Shown here: piece by piece, positions 57,588-64,000 of the stretch
How the letters are laid out: every line of letters starts with the position of its first letter
How positions within the stretch are numbered: the first letter of the stretch is position 1
DNA from: an uncultured bacterium
GTDB lineage: Bacteria > Krumholzibacteriota > Krumholzibacteriia > LZORAL124-64-63
Reading direction: 5' to 3'
Assembly (NCBI GenBank): GCA_963727525.1
Contig: CAVSGO010000007.1
Location: 1,120,001-1,184,000 of the forward strand
Length of the DNA stretch: 64,000 bases
Translations under genes and position numbers: made by a program
The notes under the pieces: generated by a model
The model's input: the letters and a program-made list of their open reading frames with translations, nothing else
The model's database searches: none
What the model was told of the DNA's origin: nothing

Positions 57588-59975
57588 ATGTTGGCGACCT
57601 CGCGCACCCGCATTCTCGTGACCCTGGCGACCGCCGCCGTATTGCTCGCGGCCTGTGGCAAGCAGGACCTCTACGAACCGCCCGGCGCGCCCTACGAGGT
57701 GACGGGGCGCCTCCCGTTGCCGAGCGCCAGCCAGGCCGTGGCCGTCCTCGGGACCCATGCCTTCGTGGCGGGCGGTGAGGCGGGCCTGTATGGCGTCGAC
57801 TTCGGCAACCATGCCGCGCCGCAGCTCCTGTCGATGACCAATACCACCAAGTCGGCCGACGGCGTGAACGTGGTGCGCATCTACTCCGGCGGCCGGGTGC
57901 GCGACATCGCCCACGTGGTCGAGGGCACCGAGGGCATCACGTCGTATGATGTGACCGATCCTGCCAGCGTTTTCGACTTCCACACCGGCACCACGGCGGT
58001 CGTGGGCCAGAGCGCGTACGTCGCACAGACCGCCGACCCCGCCGCCGCCTACACCGTGTTCCTGGCCGAGGACTGGAAAGGCGTGCGCATCTTCGACTCC
58101 ATCCCGGCCGACCCCGGCATCCTGGCCTACAACGGCGTCTTCGTCGGCACCCTCGGCAAGGCCTATTCTATCGAGGTGCGCGACGGCTGGGGCTACGTGG
58201 CCGACGACGAGATGGGCCTGGTCGTGCTCGACCTGCGCGTGCTCGACCTCGATTCCGTGTCCATCGCGTCCTGGGCCGACACGCCGGGCAACGCGCGCGC
58301 CGTCGCGCTGTGGGGCGACTACGCCTTCGTCGCCGATGGGGTCGCGGGTCTTGCCGTGTTCCGCATCCACGAGGGCGACACGCCCGTGAAGGTGGCTCAA
58401 CTCGACCTCTCCGGCTTCAGCGAGGCCATCGCCCTGCGCGACGGCCTGATGGCGCTGTCGGCGAACAGTGCCGGCACCCATTTCGTGGACGTCCGCAATC
58501 CCGCGGCGCCCGTCTACCTGGGCACCATCCCGTCCGGATACGCCACCGGCGTGGCCTTCGCCGAGGACGGCACCTGCGTCATCTGCGACGAGGACGACGG
58601 CCTGCTCATCTGTACGGGCCACGGCCCGTTCCGGGATCTTACGGCGCCATCGCCCGTGACGACGCTCGCGGCCGCCCCGGCCGGCGCCTCCAGCATCCGT
58701 CTGTCGTGGGTCATGACGGGCGACGACCGCATGGTCGGCACCGCCAGCAACCTCGAGGTGCGGCGCAGCGACGCTCCCATCGTCGATGACACCACGTGGG
58801 AGGCCGCCACGCCGGTGGCCGGCGCGCCGGCGCCCGAGGCGCCGGGCACAGCGATGTCGCTCGTCGCCGATGGCCTCACCCCCGGCGTCACCTACCACTT
58901 CGCATTGCGCGTCACCGACGACGCGGGAAACGTCTCCGACCTCTCCAACGACGCCAGCACGGCGACGGCCGAGGGTATCATCCTGGTGAATCCCCAGGTG
59001 GACGTCGGCGGCGGCACGACGAGCGACACCTATACCTTCAGCGTGGAAGCCCTCTTCGAGGGCACGCTCACAGCCTCCGAGGTCGTGATCGACGGCACGC
59101 CGCACGCGATGACACTGGCGGACGGCTTCTACTCCTACGCCACCACGCTGGCTCCGGGTGTCCACTCGTATCACTTCCACTTCGCCGGCGACGGCGTGGG
59201 CGACGCGACCACCGAGGAGTTCGAAGGCCCGTATGTCGGCGAGATCGCGGTGACGCTCGGCAGCCCGGCCAGCGAGTCGGGACGCCGTGCTGACGAGGCT
59301 CGACACGTCGCGGTGTTCTCGCACGACGTGCAAGGTGGCACCTCCGAGGTGACTCAGGCCGAGTGGGATGCCGTCATGCCGGCCGGTTCCAACCCGTCGG
59401 AGTTCCCGGGCGCCGATCGCCCGGTCGACAGCGTCACCTGGTTCGACGCGATCATGTACTGCAACGCCCGGAGCACCGCTGACGGCACCACGCCGTGCTA
59501 CACGATCGACGCCGACAACCAGGTCACGTGGAATCGCGATGCCGATGGCTGGCGGTTGCCCACCGAGGCCGAATGGGAATACCTCTGCCGCGCCGGCACC
59601 ACCACTGCGTTTTATACGGGAGCGCTCACCGAGTTGTATTGCCGCCTCGATCCCGTGCTGGACGCGATCGGCTGGTACTGCGGCAATGCCGGCACCGGCA
59701 CGAGCACCGTCGCGCAGAAGCAGGCGAACGCCTGGGGCCTTTACGACACGTCCGGCAACGTGCGCGAGTGGTGCTGGGACTGGTACGGCGAGGCGCTGCC
59801 CGACGCGGCCCTCGACCCGGCCGGACCCGACACGGGCACGCAGCGCGTGTGCCGCGGCGGGAGCTGGTACTACAGCAGCCAGGATTGCCGCAGTGCGGCG
59901 CGCGGAACGTACTATCCCACGAGCCGCGACAACACCGTCGGCATGCGCGCGGTGCGCACCGTGTTCGAGAACTGA
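57588..59975 (+). CDS. Lipoprotein with LVIVD repeats, FN3-like domain and C-terminal FGE-sulfatase (SUMF1-like) domain
   Basis: Lipobox LAAC; YAFVADG..GL.V repeats; TYHFALRVTD; RLPTEAEWEY, GLYDTSGNVREW, RGGSW motifs. Confidence 0.82.
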   Translation: MLATSRTRILVTLATAAVLLAACGKQDLYEPPGAPYEVTGRLPLPSASQAVAVLGTHAFVAGGEAGLYGVDFGNHAAPQLLSMTNTTKSADGVNVVRIYSGGRVRDIAHVVEGTEGITSYDVTDPASVFDFHTGTTAVVGQSAYVAQTADPAAAYTVFLAEDWKGVRIFDSIPADPGILAYNGVFVGTLGKAYSIEVRDGWGYVADDEMGLVVLDLRVLDLDSVSIASWADTPGNARAVALWGDYAFVADGVAGLAVFRIHEGDTPVKVAQLDLSGFSEAIALRDGLMALSANSAGTHFVDVRNPAAPVYLGTIPSGYATGVAFAEDGTCVICDEDDGLLICTGHGPFRDLTAPSPVTTLAAAPAGASSIRLSWVMTGDDRMVGTASNLEVRRSDAPIVDDTTWEAATPVAGAPAPEAPGTAMSLVADGLTPGVTYHFALRVTDDAGNVSDLSNDASTATAEGIILVNPQVDVGGGTTSDTYTFSVEALFEGTLTASEVVIDGTPHAMTLADGFYSYATTLAPGVHSYHFHFAGDGVGDATTEEFEGPYVGEIAVTLGSPASESGRRADEARHVAVFSHDVQGGTSEVTQAEWDAVMPAGSNPSEFPGADRPVDSVTWFDAIMYCNARSTADGTTPCYTIDADNQVTWNRDADGWRLPTEAEWEYLCRAGTTTAFYTGALTELYCRLDPVLDAIGWYCGNAGTGTSTVAQKQANAWGLYDTSGNVREWCWDWYGEALPDAALDPAGPDTGTQRVCRGGSWYYSSQDCRSAARGTYYPTSRDNTVGMRAVRTVFEN

Positions 59976-59986
59976 GGAACGGAGCC

Positions 59987-61201
59987 ATGGCCACCAAGAA
60001 GAGAAGCACAGCCGTCCGGGCGCGCATCGCCGCCGAGACCGCGGTCGTGGACGCCCCCGAGCTGCCACCCGGCGCCGAGATGGCCAAGATCCCGGGCAAG
60101 AAGCTGCGCTTCACGTTCATCGACGAGTTCCGCGGACTCATCGGCATCATGATGGCCCTCGGGCATGCGCAGGAGTACATGAACTCGGCCTGGCTGAGCT
60201 TCGACTACGTCGATCCGCTGTACCCGAACCTGCCGCAGTTCCTGATCCGCTACATGGGGTACCTGTGCGCGCCCGGGTTCCTCGTGATGAACGGCGCCAT
60301 GGTCTACTGGGCGTTCCGTGTGCGCGTGAAGAGGGGCGAATCGGTGGGCCGGGCGCGCTGGGATTTCATCCAGCGCGGTCTCTTTCTCATGGCGGTCCAG
60401 TGGATCTGGGTGAACGCGGCCTGGGGCGGATTCACCCGCCTGCGCCTGGATCACCTGGGGATCATCGCCACGATCGGCTTCTCGATGATCATCCTGGTGT
60501 GGATGGTGCACTGGGACTGGCGCTACCGCCTGCTCGTGACCATCGCGGGTTTCCTGATCCACCCGCTATTGCTTCGTATCCCTTACGACCAGAGTTCCTG
60601 GCTGCACTATCCGATGCAGTTCTTCGTGGACAGCGGAGAGTTCAATCTCTACCCGGTGATTCCCTGGTTCTCGCTGGCCTGTCTGGGCTCGGTCATGGCC
60701 CACTTCTGGTTCTCGGTCTGGGTCGACCGGCGCAAGCCCGATGAGCGCGCCATCAAATCGATGCTCATCGGTGTGCTCATGGTGGTGTTTGCGGTGGGCC
60801 TGCGCGACTGGGGCAACTCCTACTTCAACATCTTCCCCCACAACGGCTTCTTCACCTACAGCTTCTTCATGGTACAGAAGTATCCGCCGAGCCTGACGCA
60901 CCAGATCTGGTTCGGCGGCGCGGTGATCTTCATGGTGGGTCTCTTCGCCTGGATCGACAATCGCCTGCCGGTGCTGCGCCCTCTGGCCATCGTCGGCCGC
61001 GTGCCGCTCTTCTACTACTGCCTGCACATCCCGATCCTGGCCTTCGTCTTCCGGCGCCTGGCGTGGCTGCCGTACCGCAGCGGCGAGGTGGCCGAGAGCC
61101 TGTACACGTGGTTCGGTCTGCTGGCGGTGATGCTGCCGTTGGCATGGTGGTTCGGCGGTGTGAAGCGCAAGCACCGCAACTGGTTCGTCCGTATGATCTA
61201 G
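59987..61201 (+). CDS. DUF1624/HGSNAT-like membrane acyltransferase
   Basis: IDEFRGL...MALGH, CAPGF, KYPPSL, GRVPLFYY.LH motifs; multiple TM segments. Confidence 0.78.
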   Translation: MATKKRSTAVRARIAAETAVVDAPELPPGAEMAKIPGKKLRFTFIDEFRGLIGIMMALGHAQEYMNSAWLSFDYVDPLYPNLPQFLIRYMGYLCAPGFLVMNGAMVYWAFRVRVKRGESVGRARWDFIQRGLFLMAVQWIWVNAAWGGFTRLRLDHLGIIATIGFSMIILVWMVHWDWRYRLLVTIAGFLIHPLLLRIPYDQSSWLHYPMQFFVDSGEFNLYPVIPWFSLACLGSVMAHFWFSVWVDRRKPDERAIKSMLIGVLMVVFAVGLRDWGNSYFNIFPHNGFFTYSFFMVQKYPPSLTHQIWFGGAVIFMVGLFAWIDNRLPVLRPLAIVGRVPLFYYCLHIPILAFVFRRLAWLPYRSGEVAESLYTWFGLLAVMLPLAWWFGGVKRKHRNWFVRMI

Positions 61202-61214
61202 CGGGGAGGTCGGG

Positions 61215-61976
61215 ATGAAGACACGCAATCTCTTGCCGTTCTTGTTCATGATCGCTGGTGGTCTGGCCATGCTGGGCGCGGCCGGCGGCGACCTGATCAA
61301 GGATGGCGGCTTCGAGCACCTCAAGAAGAGTTCCGCCTTGCGGCGGGACGACAAGGGTCAGGACTGGTACGAGAGTCGCAAGGATGGCAAGGAGGGGCCG
61401 AAGCTGCTCATCCTCTCGAGCAAGGCCATCGCCGGCAACGCCACGCGCAAGGCCATGATCAAGGCCCACCCCGATCTCAACACGTATCTCACGCAGAAGC
61501 TCGCCACGCCGCAGACGGGCCGCTTCGCGCTGAGCTACGACGTGTGCGTCAAGGAGATCCTGCCTGACGACAACCACTCGGCATTCTGCTTCGTGGGCGC
61601 GAGCTACGATCGCAAGGGCGGGCCCTGTTCCACGGCCAAGGAGCGTTTCCTCTTCCTTGGATTCGAGAACTCCGCCACCGCGCCCGGCAAGCTCGCTCTT
61701 TTCTCCCGCGAGGGCGACAAGGACTGGCCGTCGCGCACGGTCCTGGCGCCCGAGCTCACGACCATGGCATGGCACCACATCGAGGCCCAGGTGGACGTGA
61801 AAGCGAGCAAGTACCGCGTGCGGGTCGACGGAGGCCCCTGGAGCAAGGACCTCAAGGCGTTCAAGGCCACGGGCGGGACGCCGCCGAAGCGCCTGACGCA
61901 CGTGTGCTTCGCCTCGTGGAACGACGGCGCCGGCACCTTCTATATCGACAACGTCTCCGTGGTCCCGACGCCCTAG
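61215..61976 (+). CDS. Secreted jelly-roll/CBM-like protein
   Basis: Signal peptide; LIKDGGFE start and FYIDNVSV end; Lys-rich. Confidence 0.6.
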   Translation: MKTRNLLPFLFMIAGGLAMLGAAGGDLIKDGGFEHLKKSSALRRDDKGQDWYESRKDGKEGPKLLILSSKAIAGNATRKAMIKAHPDLNTYLTQKLATPQTGRFALSYDVCVKEILPDDNHSAFCFVGASYDRKGGPCSTAKERFLFLGFENSATAPGKLALFSREGDKDWPSRTVLAPELTTMAWHHIEAQVDVKASKYRVRVDGGPWSKDLKAFKATGGTPPKRLTHVCFASWNDGAGTFYIDNVSVVPTP

Positions 61977-62677
61977 CGCGTCGCGGCGAGCACCGCGAGG
62001 CCGCGCAGCGTCCAGAGCGGATCGTGATACCAGCCTGGTCGGGTGACGAACCCGGCCAGGCCGCCCGTCAGGACGACCGCCAGCCCGGGATAGCGCGTCA
62101 GCAGGGCTTCGATCGTGCCGGTGACGCCGTGCACACCCACGTGGAAGGCGCCCACCGCGAGGGCCTCCTCCGTATCGCGCCCCGCCCGCAGGTCGCACGG
62201 CGCGAAAGGGACCGGCCACAGCCGTGCGGCGCGCTCCTGCAGAGCCCGCGCGGCGAAGGCCATGCCCGGCGCGATGAGGCCGCCGAGGAATACCCCGTCC
62301 CGCACCACGTCGAGGGTCGTCGCCGTGCCCGCGTCGACGACGAGCGCATCGCGCCGACCGCCGACCACCGCGGCGGCCGCGTTGCACCAGCGATCGGCGC
62401 CCACGGTGTCCGGATGCCGTAGCTCGTGGGCGAAGGGGAACCGCCATGTGTGGTCGACAACCTGCGCTGCAGGTACGGCGGCCTGGACCGCGACGGCCAC
62501 CGCCGGGACCACGGACGCCACCGCCACCGCAACGTCGGGCCCAGCCAGCGCCGCGACCGCCGCCGCCGCGGCGGGGGTCGTGTCGCCGCGCCAGACCACG
62601 TCGGGATCCGCCGCGCTATCGCCGGCACGCGCGACCACGACCTGGGAATTGCCGATGTTGACCAGAAGCAGGTTCAC
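61973..62677 (-). CDS. coaX: Type III pantothenate kinase
   Basis: NIGNS, VGADR, VVDAGTATTLD, GGLIAPG, TGG motifs. Confidence 0.92.
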   Translation of the reverse strand: MNLLLVNIGNSQVVVARAGDSAADPDVVWRGDTTPAAAAAVAALAGPDVAVAVASVVPAVAVAVQAAVPAAQVVDHTWRFPFAHELRHPDTVGADRWCNAAAAVVGGRRDALVVDAGTATTLDVVRDGVFLGGLIAPGMAFAARALQERAARLWPVPFAPCDLRAGRDTEEALAVGAFHVGVHGVTGTIEALLTRYPGLAVVLTGGLAGFVTRPGWYHDPLWTLRGLAVLAATR

Positions 62678-63540
62678 AGCCGCAACTCCAGTTCCAGGGA
62701 CAGGTCCAGCGCAGGCGCGGAGTGCGTGAGCCGGCCCACCGAGACGGCGTCGATCCCGGCCTCGGCCTGGTCGCGTATCGTCTCCAGCGTGACGTTGCCC
62801 GACACCTCCAGCCGCGTGGCGACACCGGCGGCGTCGCGTTGCGCGACCGCTTCACGCGCGCTCGTCGCGGACAGGTTGTCCAGCAGGATCCATTCAACAT
62901 TCAGAGGCAACACCCGAGCACACTGGTCGACCGAGTCGACCTCCACCTCGATGCCGAGCTGCGGATAATCCCGTCGCGCGCGCGCGACGAGATCCTCCAC
63001 CGCGTCGCCGCCCGCCGCCCAGTGGTTGTCCTTGAGCATGATCCGGTCGTACAGTCCCAGGCGGTGGTTGTGACCACCGCCGCAGCGCACCGCGTACTTC
63101 GCGAGGTGGCGGTAACCGGGTGTGGTCTTGCGCGTATCGAGCACCTGGCAGCGCGTGTCCGCCACCGCGTCCACGTAGGTCGCCGTGAGCGTGGCGATGC
63201 CCGAGAGCTGCTGCAGGAAGTTGAGCGCCGTACGCTCCCCCGTCAGTAGTGCGGCCGCCGGACCGGCCACGCGCGCCACCACGTCGCCCGGCACGATGCG
63301 CGCGCCGTCGGCCACGGCGGACGTCACCGTCACGGACGCATCGAGCGCTCCAAAGACCAGGCCCACGAGCGGCAGGCCGGCCACCACGCCGGCGCGCCGC
63401 GCCACGATCCGCCCCCGCCCCCGCGCGGCGGCCGGCACCGTGACAGCGGTGGAGACATCACCCGTGCCGACGTCCTCCGCCAGAGCGCGCGCCACGAGGG
63501 TCGCGGTCCAGTCGTCGTGGGGAAACGCGTGGTCGTTCAT
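62674..63540 (-). CDS. nadC: Nicotinate-nucleotide diphosphorylase (carboxylating)
   Basis: ERTALNFLQ, DTRKTTPG, NHRLGL, KDNH, EVEV, LLDN, LTHSA..LD motifs. Confidence 0.95.
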   Translation of the reverse strand: MNDHAFPHDDWTATLVARALAEDVGTGDVSTAVTVPAAARGRGRIVARRAGVVAGLPLVGLVFGALDASVTVTSAVADGARIVPGDVVARVAGPAAALLTGERTALNFLQQLSGIATLTATYVDAVADTRCQVLDTRKTTPGYRHLAKYAVRCGGGHNHRLGLYDRIMLKDNHWAAGGDAVEDLVARARRDYPQLGIEVEVDSVDQCARVLPLNVEWILLDNLSATSAREAVAQRDAAGVATRLEVSGNVTLETIRDQAEAGIDAVSVGRLTHSAPALDLSLELELRL

Positions 63541-64000
63541 GCCTTGCCCTTCCGGCCACCGCCACTGGTGAGGCCCCACTGGGCCTTGAGGTCGTCGATC
63601 CGGTCGCGGATGGCGGCGGCTTTCTCGAACTCGAGGTCGGCCGCGGCGCGGACCATCTCCGTCTCGAGCATCGTGATCATGTCGCGTGGCGTGAGATCGT
63701 CGCGTAGTACCATCTCCCACGGACGCGCTGACTCCTCGCGCGGCGCGGACATCTCGCCGGCGGCGAGCGTCTGCTGGAGGATCTCCTCGCGCGTCTTGGT
63801 GATCGTGCGCGGCGTGATGCCGTGCTCCTCGTTGTAGGCGAGTTGCTTGGTACGGCGCCGCTCCGTCTCGTCGATCGCGTGCCGCATGGAATTCGTGATG
63901 GTGTCAGCGTACATCACGACCACGCCGTTCACGTTGCGGGCCGCGCGGCCGGCCGTCTGGATCAGCGAGCGGGCGCTGCGCAGGAAGCCCTCGCGGTCGG
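63537..64000 (-). CDS. uvrB: Excinuclease ABC subunit B, 3' part (gene runs off the window)
   Basis: EGFLRSARSLIQTAGRAARNVNG, ETERRRTKQ..YNEEHGITP, and UVR domain LEFEKAAAIRD. Confidence 0.95.
   Translation of the reverse strand, partial: DREGFLRSARSLIQTAGRAARNVNGVVVMYADTITNSMRHAIDETERRRTKQLAYNEEHGITPRTITKTREEILQQTLAAGEMSAPREESARPWEMVLRDDLTPRDMITMLETEMVRAAADLEFEKAAAIRDRIDDLKAQWGLTSGGGRKGKA

Noticed and set aside
59780-59975. Diversity-generating retroelement target (FGE/C-lectin-fold C-terminus RGGSW...R)
   Set aside because: I saw no template repeat differing at adenines and no reverse transcriptase in the window; a remote DGR cannot be excluded.

Overview
High-GC bacterial chromosomal window. 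By inference it is FCB-group, probably Krumholzibacteriota/Latescibacterota-like, from the gingipain-like C25 proteins with FlgD-Ig/T9SS-like C-termini and a SWxxVKxLYR-tailed secreted protein. From left to right it holds: a Lys-rich nucleoid-type protein, a peptide SBP, a C25 peptidase with an intact His/Cys dyad, a small glycan-modification cluster, a SurA/PpiD PPIase, a 160-161 bp palindromic tandem array, mrfAB-like helicase/exonuclease genes, tatA, an IS1-like element, a MarR-ablA-symporter-ablB (N-epsilon-acetyl-beta-lysine) operon, a 180 bp MITE, the dapL-folB-folK-dNK-panB-panC housekeeping operon and groESL with a CIRCE. After these comes a ~21 kb divergent poly-gamma-glutamate (pgsB-pgsC-pgsW) locus, then coaX-nadC-uvrB (partial). 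The best candidate for an undescribed system is the PGA locus. It has no recognisable capA or capD. Instead it carries two C25 paralogs with Arg in place of the catalytic His, a PgsW fused to a repeated uncharacterised beta-sandwich domain, an outer-membrane barrel with a third copy of that domain, an LVIVD/FN3/FGE lipoprotein and an HGSNAT-like acyltransferase. All functional calls come from motif recognition by eye; no database searches were run.
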